DNA from: Squatina squatina
Taxonomy: Eukaryota
Length of the DNA: 34,791 nt
Assembly (NCBI GenBank): GCA_031763465.1
Contig: JARFOE010000038.1
Coordinates: 1,366,450 to 1,401,240, forward strand
Direction: 5' to 3'
Shown here: in pieces, positions 24,402 through 34,791 of the stretch
Position numbering within the stretch: the stretch's first letter is position 1
Layout of the letters: each line of letters begins with the position of its first letter
Position numbers and translations under genes: made by a program
The notes under the pieces: generated by a model
What the model was told of the DNA's origin: nothing
What the model saw: only the letters and a program-made list of their open reading frames with translations
The model's database searches: none

Positions 24402-24635
24402 TGCACTGTCAGAGGTGCCGTCTCTCAGATGAGACGTTAAATGGAGTGGTGAACCTTTGTTTAAATAGCACTTTCATGATCTTGGGTGCTTCACAGCTCC
24501 CTTGGGTGGATGTATATGATCCCAGGGCACTATTTGAAGAAGAGCAGGGGGGAGTTCTCCCCGGTGTCCTGGGCCAATATTTATCCCTCAATCAACATCA
24601 CTGAAACAGATGATCTGGTCATTATCACATTGCAG
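24402..24635 (+). mobile_element. Deu-domain SINE central region
   Basis: tgcactgtcagaggtgccgtc..cagatgagacgttaaa...gcactatttgaagaagagcagggg..gtgtcctgggccaatatttatccctcaa. Confidence 0.7.
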
Positions 24636-24677
24636 TGTGTGTGTGTATACTTGTATGTACATGCTGATGACTGGTGA

Positions 24678-24797
<120 letters not shown>

Positions 24798-25367
24798 TAA
24801 GTTTTTGTTTTTGTTTTTTTAAAAAAAAGAGGGCGGTTAGGGAGTTTAAACCAACAGAATGAGTATTTATGGGTGGTTGGGGATGTGTGGGGGCTGCTGT
24901 TTGCCCAGTGTGCAGACTCGTAATGGGTGTAGGAGATCCATGGGCTAAATATATTGAAGCCCACTTGTGGATACAAGTCTTGGTGCCATAATTCACACGT
25001 CCTTGCCTCTGTGACTTGCTTTCTAACGGAGGCCATTGGATCGTGATCATGAGCAGAAACACATTGTTTTCATTAAAATAATAGTAATAAATAAAAGTAC
25101 CTCCAGAGAAAACTCATGCCTGCCTTTATTTCTTTCCTAGGCATAGACAGTTAAATGATGGAAAAATACTTGGCTAACCCACAAGAGAAGCTTACAGCTT
25201 GCTGCTAACTTGCTGTAACTTGGCATGAATATGAGGAGGCAACCACAGCTGCTGTTTTGAGGTTGCCNNNNNNNNNNNNNNNNNNNNNNNNNNNNNNNNN
25301 NNNNNNNNNNNNNNNNNNNNNNNNNNNNNNNNNNNNNNNNNNNNNNNNNNNNNNNNNNNNNNNNNNN

Positions 25368-25940
25368 TCATAGTGCTACTGATCCACTCTTGGTGATGGG
25401 CATTGAAGTTTCCCCCTTCTGTACCCTTGAAGCCCTCAGTGTTTCTTCCAAGTGGTGTTCAACATAGAGGAGTACTGATTTATCAGCTGAGAGAAGACGA
25501 TAGGTGGTAATCAGCAGGAGATTTCCTTGCCTATGCTTGACCTGATGCCACAAAACTTCATGGCGTCCAGGGTCAATGTTGAAGAATGCCAGGGCCACTC
25601 CCTCCTGACTATATACCACTGTGTCGCCACGTCTGGTGGGTCTGTCGTGCTGGTGGGACAGTACTTACCCAGGGATAGTGATGATGATGGACTTTAGGCG
25701 AAAGATATGATTCTGTGAGTATGACAATGTCAGGCTGTTGCTTCACTAGTCTGTGGGACAGCTCTCTCAATTTTGGCACTAGTCCCCGGATGTTAGTGAG
25801 GAGGACTTTGCAGGGTTGCCTGGGCTGGGTGTGCCTTCTTTCATGTCCGGTGCCTAGGTTGATGCTGAGTGGTCTGTCCATTTTTATTCTTTGTATACTT
25901 CTTTGTTTTTTGGTACAACTGAGTGGCTTGCTAGGCCATT
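25368..25940 (-). mobile_element. LINE 5' region with decayed APE-type endonuclease
   Basis: LLTNIRGL...QPDIVILTESYL matches endonuclease motifs NxRG and DIxxLxE. It is frameshifted. Confidence 0.8.
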
Positions 25941-25944
25941 TCAT

Positions 25945-26042
25945 ATTCCCCAGCTGCCGTGGTGGGATTTGAACTAGTGTCTCCGGATCTTTAGTCCAGG
26001 CCTCTGGATTACTAGTCCAGTAACATAACCACTATTCTGCTG
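25945..26042 (-). mobile_element. tRNA-derived SINE head
   Basis: Minus strand tagtggttatgttactggactagtaatccagagg...agttcaaatccc contains A/B-box-like motifs. Confidence 0.65.
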
Positions 26043-26964
26043 TACTAAAGACTGGCATTAAGTAGTGCATGCTAGCTTTAAGTTGCGCTTGCCTCTCTCA
26101 AGGCAGCGTGAAGTTGGCATGCTGCCTGCATCGGAAGCAACAGGGCATGGGTTAATTGTGCATCGCGATCCCCATACCCATTTTTGGGAGCTATCGAATT
26201 TAGCCCCCAAATTGTTCCTCAGTATATTTGAATGAATGGCACCATTGCATCCTGGGATATCAGGTAGCTGTCCACATTCAGACTGCACAATCCAAATTTA
26301 GCTCACAGCATCACAGCTCTGGGCAAAAATATTAACTCCTAGCCCAGGCTTTTGGGAGAGGCAGAGTCTCTCAAAAATAAGCTTTAATTAAGGCATTAAA
26401 ATAAATGCGCTGATACCTCTGTTAAAATGGACAAGGAATTTTATATGAGCTGTTACTAGGATCACCCAACACAATCTCAAAAGCCACATGACAACAAGTG
26501 AGGACAATATTGACTTGGCAGCCACAGTTAGAGAACATGGCTGCGGGCTGTGTGGTCCCACTGATCTTCTTTCAAGTGCTGACACAAGTATAGTATAATC
26601 TCTAGCAAGGTGGCATATGCCTTGAGCTTGTCTAGTAAGTAAGTCAGGAGGCAAAACTTCTCCCCATTAGCACTCATTCTCCACTAGTAGGTTAAACATA
26701 GTCAAATAACTGGCAGTGATGGCTACTGATGTGATGAGTCTGCCTTTTATATGCTTATTTTGATATATATTCTGTTGAGATTGCCATTATTTTCACAATC
26801 TCTACTTATTTACATCACTCTATATCATACATATAAAGGTAATTATTCAGCACAGCTCTGCAGTGAATAATCTGCAAACCCTGACCACCAAAAAGAAATC
26901 CAATTTTATTTTGCTTTCTCCTGTCAAGCACCAAAATATGCAGAAAGCATCCATTAAAAACAGG

Positions 26965-27842
26965 CAGTGTCGCTGTTGCACACAGTTTATTCAACAATAT
27001 GGTAAATAAGAAAGAAATCAATTTTAGCAGTCTATACAGTGATCCAAAGTTCATATTTATAAGTAATTATCAATAAATTGCATGATTTACACATTTCTGG
27101 ATAGGTTTTTTTCTCTTTTTTTCTGCTTGCCCATTTTTCAAGTTTTACACAGAAGTCTGAAAGAGGAAAAACCAAGGGATGTGTTCAATAAAATCAGCCA
27201 CACAGTCTTTTTAAAGGATCCTTCGATAGTCTCACCAAAAAAAATAAAATAAAAAGTAAAATGTCACCATTAAACTGAAAAAAACCACAATATTCTACAT
27301 CCGCAGGACGTTTTGGCAGCTGCCAGTTTGTGCAATAGTCTCTCGTTCTACCTGTACAAATTATTAATACTTCGAAATTTCTGCTCAAACCCTTGTATAG
27401 AAGTGAAAAAAATTAAGGGAAGAAGGGGATACACAAGANNNNNNNNNNNNNNNNNNNNNNNNNNNNNNNNNNNNNNNNNNNNNNNNNNNNNNNNNNNNNN
27501 NNNNNNNNNNNNNNNNNNNNNNNNNNNNNNNNNNNNNNNNNNNNNNNNNNNNNNNNNNNNNNNNNNNNNNNNNNNNNNNNNNNNNNNNNNNNNNNNNNNN
27601 NNNNNNNNNNNNNNNNNNNNNNNNNNNNNNNNNNNNNNNNNNNNNNNNNNNNNNNNNNNNNNNNNNNNNNNNNNNNNNNNNNNNNNNNNNNNNNNNNNNN
27701 NNNNNNNNNNNNNNNNNNNNNNNNNNNNNNNNNNNNNNNNNNNNNNNNNNNNNNNNNNNNNNNNCCCTAGAAATTTCAAAATTGTTTTTCAGTACAAAAA
27801 ACCCTAAGTAAAGACGAAAAATGAGAATTTGCTCCCAAAATG
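26965..27842 (-). other. EP300: EP300 3' UTR (end approximate; contains a gap)
   Basis: AT-rich, repeat-free sequence downstream of the stop codon, ending shortly after an AATAAA. Confidence 0.7.
26986..26991 (-). terminator. probable EP300 polyadenylation signal AATAAA
   Basis: TTTATT on the + strand about 850 nt past the stop. GT/T-rich sequence follows on the - strand. Confidence 0.65.
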
Positions 27843-28537
27843 CTACAAGATGTCTAGTGTATTGTGATTAATGTTTGTGCCTGTTAAGTCCGGGTTGTCA
27901 GAACCCAAGCCAAGGTCACTGGCGGCACCATGTAAGCCTGCCATTCCAGGGTTAGCAAGTTGAGAAAGCATTGCACTCTGGTCCGGAGCAGCAAAGTGTC
28001 CTTGATCCATGGGGTTTGCCTGGGCAGCTACCATTCCCGGATGTGGGGAGTTAGTCTGTGGCGAGACGTGGGGTGGAGACGGTTGAGGCTGCATCCTGGG
28101 CGACGGGCTGGAATGAGGTGGCTGGGACTGCGGGCGTGGTGAAGGCACGGGCTGTGGGGACCGTACCTGGTTGCTGAGAGAGGATGGGTGCTGGCCCTGG
28201 AGGTGAGGTGACTGGGCCTGGCCAGGGAGCATGTGCTGCTGTGGACTCATGGAGTTGGACTGGGCTGGCGAACCCATCTGCTGTTGCTGCTGCTGGAGAA
28301 TTCGCTGTTGGAGGGCTTGATGGAGACTGGAACTGCTCTCTGCTCCCATTCCTGCTTGTTGAATCTGGCTCATCTGCCCCATCGGCTGTCCCACTTGTCC
28401 CATGGTTCCCTGCTGCATGGGCATATGATGCTGTATCCTCTGTTGTTGCTGCTGCTGTTGCATGGGATAACCAGAACTTTGAGGCTGTTGAAACTGGTTA
28501 GCCATTCCAGCGCTCATGCCAGGGTTTGATTGCTGCT
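27843..28537 (-). CDS. EP300: EP300 terminal exon, 3' part with stop codon
   Basis: LSNQVRSPQPVPSPRPQSQPPHSSPSPRMQPQPSP...NPMDQGHFAAPDQSAMLSQLA...HNTLDIL* resembles the p300 C-terminus STLDIH*. TAG is at 27845-27843. Confidence 0.95.
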
Positions 28538-29026
28538 NNNNNNNNNNNNNNNNNNNNNNNNNNNNNNNNNNNNNNNNNNNNNNNNNNNNNNNNNNNNNNN
28601 NNNNNNNNNNNNNNNNNNNNNNNNNNNNNNNNNNNNNCATTATCCTTCCAGATTATGAGAGGAGCTCGTGAAACTAATCCAGGTAAATTGTTCGTTATGT
28701 GGAAGGGTTCAAATAGCAGGGACAGAAATTAAAAATTCCGAATTTCAGAATAAGAACAGAAGGTAGGCAAAACATTTTCATCCAAATTTAATGGAATTAT
28801 GGAATAGGTTACCAGTGAAGTCACTGGTAACCTGAATTGAATAGTCTAAATAGGTTCAAGCAGCAGAGTTAACTGGGGCATTTTATTCCTGTTGACTTCT
28901 CAGATGCTACTAAGCAGAAGTTTGACGTTGCCACATTGTGACTGGCTGACAAAACTACTTCAAAAGAGAGTGGTTGACTGAGTAGTTAAATACAGATATA
29001 TACCAGGTTATTTAGGAAAGGTTTAC

Positions 29027-29201
29027 CTGCTGATCCAAATCCTCCAAGTGCTGAGCCAATAGCAGCACCCAGAGAGTTACTGCTTCCAAAGCCAAGTGAT
29101 GTGTTGCCCGGCTGGCCGGGCCCATGAGAGAACAAAGAGCTGCTCTGAGAACTATTTGACAGAGAGCTACTGCCGTAAAATGAGTTTGACTGCAAGTTGC
29201 T
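29027..29201 (-). CDS. PUM2: PUM2 (Pumilio 2) exon 3' part joined in frame to EP300 at a poly-Gln tract; probably chimeric
   Basis: [58 protein letters not shown]|gtaaac is nearly identical to the recalled Ser-rich region of human PUM2. Intron-like DNA follows down to the gap at 28637. Confidence 0.88.
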
Positions 29202-29768
29202 TTGTTGTTGCTGCTGCTGCTGTTGCTGCTGAGGGATGTTGGGCCGTTGAACTCCAGGCTGCATGGGGCTCATGTTCTGCATGCCTGGGTTGCCATGCAT
29301 GCCCTGCTGTCCCTGCATTACTGGCTGTGCCTGCATTACTGGCTGTCCCTGCATACCTGGCTGTCCCTGCATACCTGGCTGTCCTTGACCTCCTTGATAC
29401 CTGGCTGCCCTTTGCTTGATGAAAGCAGCCATAAGCTGGGGGTTGGAACGGAGGATAGCAAGCACTTGCTGTTGCTGCATAGGGGAGCTCGGAGACCTGA
29501 GAGTCCGCAATAAGTCCTGCAGGGCCCCTTGGGGAATAGCACCTCGGCTGGGCTGAGGCACCCCTGATGTAACTTGGCACATGGGCGGTGGTGGTTGGGG
29601 TTGCATGTTCATTTGCAGGGCTTGCTGGGCCATCTGCATGACTGGTCTTTGCATTCCTTGTGGATGCTGCTGAGTCTGGGCCATTCCAGCTTGTCCCCAC
29701 TGTGCCTGCTGCATGCTGGCTGATACCATTCCCTGATCCGTGTGACTGGGGGCTCTCTGCGACTGTTG
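29202..29768 (-). CDS. EP300: EP300 terminal exon, middle part (NCBD/IBiD coactivator-binding domain, poly-Gln)
   Basis: [44 protein letters not shown] is the p300/CBP NCBD. Confidence 0.94.
29297..29384 (-). repeat. 18-nt coding tandem repeat, about 5 units ([12 protein letters not shown])
   Basis: Repeated ctgcatacctggctgtcc / ctgcattactggctgt units. Confidence 0.85.
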
Positions 29769-30006
29769 NNNNNNNNNNNNNNNNNNNNNNNNNNNNNNNN
29801 NNNNNNNNNNNNNNNNNNNNNNNNNNNNNNNNNNNNNNNNNNNNNNNNNNNNNNNNNNNNNNNNNNNNNNNNNNNNNNNNNNNNNNNNNNNNNNNNNNNN
29901 NNNNNNNNNNNNNNNNNNNNNNNNNNNNNNNNNNNNNNNNNNNNNNNNNNNNNNNNNNNNNNNNNNNNNNNNNNNNNNNNNNNNNNNNNNNNNNNNNNNN
30001 NNNNNN

Positions 30007-30632
30007 CTTCTTGCCATGTTGCTGTAGGAAGGCATGTTGGTTGGTGGTGGTGGCTGCGGCTGGGGCTGTGGCTGTGGTTGAGCTGGAGGTTGGGGCTGAG
30101 GAGTCTGCGGGGTGCTCGGCTGCTGTCCTGTTGGTGTAGTGGGTGCAGTGCCACTTGGAGAAGGCAGGCTTTGCTGTCCAACACCACCTCGCTGCATTGT
30201 GGCCATCCTCCTGCGTAGCATCTGGGCTTGTTGTAGACGGTGCTGTAGCTGTTGTTGCCGAAGCTTGTGCTTGATGTTGAGACAGAACGGCACAGGGCAC
30301 TTTGTCTCTTGGCAGTGCTTGGCATGGTAGCAACAGAGCGCAATAAGCTGCTTGCAGATTGGGCAGCCACCATTGGTCTTGCGTTTGCACCCTTTGGTGT
30401 GCTGGACCACCCTCTTCATCTTCTGGCAGGAAGGCAGAGAACAGTTGGCATTGCGGCACTGGCAGGCATGGACCAGTGACTGAATGCAGCGCTGGATGCT
30501 GAGGCGCCTTGAATCTCCGGTGCTGGCTTCTGACCCTTGAGAGTTGCTCTCATCATCCAGACCAAGGCCAAGCTTCTCCATCTTGTGCTCATGTCCCTTA
30601 CTGTTAAAGCAGTTGACACAGAGGTCATAATC
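30007..30632 (-). CDS. EP300: EP300 terminal exon, 5' part (end of ZZ, TAZ2 zinc finger, Pro/Gln-rich linker)
   Basis: ttttctag|DYDLCVNCFNSKGHEHKMEKLGLGLDD...SRRLSIQRCIQSLVHACQCRNANCSLPSCQKMKRVVQHTKGCKRKTNGGCPICKQLIALCCYHAKHC. Confidence 0.96.
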
Positions 30633-30794
30633 CTAGAAAAAACAAATTTAGAAAAGTTAGTTCCCCAACACATATCTACATCTCAACAGATGTTGCTATC
30701 TTAGTCCCTTTAGTCACTCATTCTCAAAATATAATTTGAACACTTTACGACATAAATGTATAAAATGGGACTTGAAGGGTTAAAATAGGACGAT

Positions 30795-31184
30795 AGGTAC
30801 ACCAGCTTGGTTTGCATCCCCTCGCGTTTAGAAGGTTGAATGGTGACCTAACTGAGGTGCTTAAAAGGGTTTGATAGAGTAGACACAGAGAAGCTATTTA
30901 CTCTGTTGGGGGAAAACGCATGACAGGGTGGCGGTGGAGGCACAATATTAAAATTAAAGCTAGCTCATTCAGGAGTGAAATTAGGAAGCACTTTTTAACG
31001 GAAAGGGTAGGGGAAATGTGAAATTCTCTTGTCCAAAAGGTCGAGGTGCAGAGTTAATTGAAATTTTCAAGACTGAGTTCGACAGATAATTAGGTAATGT
31101 TATCAAGGGATATGGATCAAAAGCGGGGAAATGGAGCGGAGATGCAGATCAGCCACGATCTAATTGAATGGTGGAACAGGCTAG
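30795..31184 (+). mobile_element. CR1-clade LINE 3' fragment in an EP300 intron
   Basis: Decayed FRRLNGDLTEVLK..GFDRVDTEKLF..FKTEFDR, then a CR1-like 3' UTR. Confidence 0.8.
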
Positions 31185-32140
31185 NNNNNNNNNNNNNNNN
31201 NNNNNNNNNNNNNNNNNNNNNNNNNNNNNNNNNNNNNNNNNNNNNNNNNNNNNNNNNNNNNNNNNNNNNNNNNNNNNNNNNNNNNNNNNNNNNNNNNNNN
31301 NNNNNNNNNNNNNNNNNNNNNNNNNNNNNNNNNNNNNNNNNNNNNNNNNNNNNNNNNNNNNNNNNNNNNNNNNNNNNNNNNNNNNNNNNNNNNNNNNNNN
31401 NNNNNNNNNNNNNNNNNNNNNNNNNNNNNNNNNNNNNNNNNNNNNNNNNNNNNNNNNNNNNNNNNNNNNNNNNNNNNNNNNNNNNNNNNNNNNNNNNNNN
31501 NNNNNNNNNNNNNNNNNNNNNNNNNNNNNNNNNNNNNNNNNNNNNNNNNNNNNNNNNNNNNNNNNNNNNNNNNNNNNNNNNNNNNNNNNNNNNNNNNNNN
31601 NNNNNNNNNNNNNNNNNNNNNNNNNNNNNNNNNNNNNNNNNNNNNNNNNNNNNNNNNNNNNNNNNNNNNNNNNNNNNNNNNNNNNNNNNNNNNNNNNNNN
31701 NNNNNNNNNNNNNNNNNNNNNNNNNNNNNNNNNNNNNNNNNNNNNNNNNNNNNNNNNNNNNNNNNNNNNNNNNNNNNNNNNNNNNNNNNNNNNNNNNNNN
31801 NNNNNNNNNNNNNNNNNNNNNNNNNNNNNNNNNNNNNNNNNNNNNNNNNNNNNNNNNNNNNNNNNNNNNNNNNNNNNNNNNNNNNNNNNNNNNNNNNNNN
31901 NNNNNNNNNNNNNNNNNNNNNNNNNNNNNNNNNNNNNNNNNNNNNNNNNNNNNNNNNNNNNNNNNNNNNNNNNNNNNNNNNNNNNNNNNNNNNNNNNNNN
32001 NNNNNNNNNNNNNNNNNNNNNNNNNNNNNNNNNNNNNNNNNNNNNNNNNNNNNNNNNNNNNNNNNNNNNNNNNNNNNNNNNNNNNNNNNNNNNNNNNNNN
32101 NNNNNNNNNNNNNNNNNNNNNNNNNNNNNNNNNNNNNNNN

Positions 32141-32350
32141 NTCTCTCTCTACCTATCTCCCTATCTCTGTCTCTATCTCTCTGTCCGTCTCTTTATCTCT
32201 ATCTATCTCTATCTCTGTCTCTCTCTACCTACCTCTCTATTTCTCACTACCTCTCTCTCTCTCACTCTCTATCTTTCTCTATCTATCTGTCTCTCTACCT
32301 ATCTCTATCGCTCCCTCTATCGCGCTCTCTATCTCTCTTTATTTCTCTAA
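32141..32350. repeat. compound (CT)n/(CTAT)n microsatellite
   Basis: Directly visible. It abuts a large gap. Confidence 0.95.
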
Positions 32351-33057
32351 TCTAAAATAAAAACAAATCTAAACAGCAATCTGTAGAGACAGATTGGCCA
32401 TAGGCAGCATCGCAGCCAAGCCCATTCCTGCAAACACTTACAGCTGTGCATCCCTATTGTGTATCTCGGGTTATTGGCGAGTGATCAAAAGTTGGAGCCG
32501 TGTCTGAATTTATCTTCCCATTCCTAAGCCGAGGATACGAAACCTTGGGGGGCCCTTGACATCAGCTAATTCATCTCACACTGGAGTTTATCTGCAAGTC
32601 TCAGTACCATAACCAGTGGTGCATTTATCCACTAAATCCTGTTTGAATAAAACTTCATTTGTACTTTGAATGTTTTGTCACAAGATAAATCCAAAGATAT
32701 TACAAATTAATATTTGGAGGAGCGAGAAAAATTCTTATGCTGCACAGTTAATGCAGCACAGACCGGAGCTTCAGTCTGGTGAGACACATATCTGCCCTAT
32801 CATTTCTCTGTTGAATTGGACTGTGTTGCCATGGATAAATATTTAGTAAATATAAGGGGTGGGGGGGAGAAAGGGTAGGAGAGGAAATCAGAACGAGTCA
32901 CTGGTCATTGGATGCTTTGCTCAATGGCTGAATTCAGAGCAGCATCTGCAGAAGCCAAACAGCAGCAGGTTTATCTGCATTTGACACAGGGAGACATGCA
33001 TAAAAGAGAGCAAAGTCAGTCATTACCCAGGACAGACTAAAGAGATAAAAACTGTAC

Positions 33058-33219
33058 CTCCTTGTGCTTTTCCATGGTGGCATAAAGTTTCTGGGAGAGG
33101 TCGTTGGACACATTGGGCCTCCCCGGTTTCTTCTTGTTACCTCGGCTCAGGCTGCTCTTATTCTTGCTCGTTTTCTTGTTGTTCTTTTTCTTTGCATTTT
33201 TGCTGTCTCCCTTCTTCCC
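33058..33219 (-). CDS. EP300: EP300 exon encoding the Lys-rich HAT autoinhibitory loop (162 nt)
   Basis: ttttcag|GKKGDSKNAKKKNNKKTSKNKSSLSRGNKKKPGRPNVSNDLSQKLYATMEKHKE|gtacag. KTSKNKSSLSRG is p300-type rather than CBP-type. Confidence 0.96.
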
Positions 33220-34421
33220 CTGAAAACATCAGCATGTCAATTCAGCAGTTACAGCAATGTTTAAAAGCATGTATTTTCATGCCCCTGAACCAGAGAGTTG
33301 CAAGGGGAGAATTCAGGAGGGGAGCTCAACTTTCAGAACCACTGGTAAATGGGTCGATTTAGCCAGCTTGGGTCTTGCACATCGTAATCCCGCTTAACTC
33401 AGGAAATCCCGATTGAAACAGTACAGTCGAGAGGTATGCCAAGAACTGCTAGCAGCTGTTACCACCCCTCTCTCTGGGGCTGGATTTAAAGAATGGCTGT
33501 GGGGGTGGGCAGGAGAATGCAGCAAGTGTTTGTGTTTTTAAAGGGAGAGGGGTATTTCAATTATTTTTGTTGCACCTTTATGTATTAACACCTTCACTTT
33601 GGAAAACATTAAAAAAAAAATCACCAATTTAATATTGTATTTATCTGCTAGCCTAATTTCTAACTGCAGAATGAGTAGTTTGATGTTGGTAACCACAGTG
33701 CCTTGCAGTAACATTGACATGCAAGATACATTGCTTTGAAATATATTTTACTTCTGCTTCATTTTTTTCCTATGTTTAAGGGACTGATAGAAAAAAAACT
33801 TACATTTATATAGCGCCTTTCACAACCGCCGGGCGTCTCATAGCACTTTGCAGCCAACACTCCCAACAGCTTTTGGAGTGTAGTCNNNNNNNNNNNNNNN
33901 NNNNNNNNNNNNNNNNNNNNNNNNNNNNNNNNNNNNNNNNNNNNNNNNNNNNNNNNNNNNNNNNNNNNNNNNNNNNNNNNNNNNNTGCCTCAATGGCCTT
34001 CTATGGTAATTTAACCCACAAACTTAGTCACCCCTTTGGGTGAAAAAGTTCCAACTGATTTTCCCCATCACTCCAACTTGCTCATTTTTAAACCTGTGCT
34101 CCCCTTTGCTATTATGATCAATTTGCCTGCATCAATCCTGTCAATTCCTTTGAAAATCTCGAAAAATTCAATTAGTCATAAACTTCCAAGTTTCCCTCCC
34201 CCCCTCTCCCCGCCAAAGTAAACAAGCTCAAATTCTTTAACCTTTCCTCATTAACTTAAATTCTTAATATCTGGACTTATACTCTCTCCCACTACGCTAG
34301 ATGGGGGCTGACCAACACCCTAGCAAGTCACTTATGCAGACTGCAACCACCATACAAAGTATCTGCTGTGCAAAGATAATGACACAATGAATATTGCAAC
34401 TAGCAAACTATTGGGGCTCAC

Positions 34422-34574
34422 CTCTGATTGGGCGGAGGACAGTCTGAACCGTACTCCTGCACATGCATGCCGAAGAAACACACGTCCACACCATCAATCT
34501 CTTCAAAGGCAAACAAAGCTTTTGNNNNNNNNNNATAAGAAAACGACTCTGCCATCTCTCCATTATCAACAAAC
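34422..34574 (-). CDS. EP300: EP300 HAT-domain exon (contains a 10-N gap)
   Basis: tttatag|[47 protein letters not shown]|gtgagc. PPPNQR is p300-type. Confidence 0.95.
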
Positions 34575-34791
34575 CTATAAAGGAAATACATCCGAGTAAC
34601 TAATGGTTTGACTGAATTCTCAAGTTCTGGCAATGGAATGCATCTTCAAGACGTAATATATAAAAGTGAATTTAACTAGCATTTAAATACCATATTGTAA
34701 ACATTAAACCAATTTGCAAGATGAACTAGAACTGTCGTTGTGCAATTTCCAACCTTTGCACCTGGATGTCATTCAGAACCTACGTTAGACA

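Noticed and set aside
29027-29201. PUM1 identity for the inserted segment
   Set aside because: [22 protein letters not shown] and LGAAIGSAL fit recalled PUM2 better than PUM1.
29167-30479. Long overlapping alternative-frame and antisense ORFs
   Set aside because: They are shadows of CAG-rich EP300 coding sequence and are inflated by an N gap.
28986-30581. 531-aa ORF as a single novel protein
   Set aside because: It starts inside the EP300 last exon, crosses a gap and ends in PUM2 exon plus intron read-through.
31097-32355. ORFs of about 400 aa, and similar X-rich ORFs at 1319-2128, 4221-4686, 22918-23584 and 27313-27807
   Set aside because: They consist mostly of Ns plus repeat or microsatellite sequence.
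27843-34574. CREBBP (CBP) identity
   Set aside because: PPPNQR, KTSKNKSSLSRG, MEKLGLGLDD, CPICK, the TLDIL* end and RBX1 linkage all indicate EP300.

Overview
Gapped eukaryotic scaffold, not prokaryotic. The CR1/L2 LINEs, Deu-type SINEs and Harbinger-like repeats suggest a cartilaginous fish. Many gaps are 100-N placeholders, so distances, contig order and orientation are unverified. Spliced genes recognised by translating exons between GT-AG sites and comparing with recalled human proteins: (1) 11 exons of MEI1 on the minus strand (1109-18408); (2) one intact 120-nt exon of an ANKFN1-family gene on the plus strand (19706-19825); (3) the RING-H2 C-terminal exon of RBX1 on the plus strand (24711-24796); (4) the 3' part of EP300 on the minus strand (two HAT-domain exons, the terminal exon and the 3' UTR). 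Inside the EP300 terminal exon, a poly-Gln tract runs in frame into a PUM2 exon end plus intron, most likely a chimeric join. MEI1, RBX1 and EP300 are all human 22q13.2 genes. The ANKFN1-like exon among them may be a paralogue that humans lack. No CRISPR, rRNA, tRNA gene or prokaryotic system is supported.
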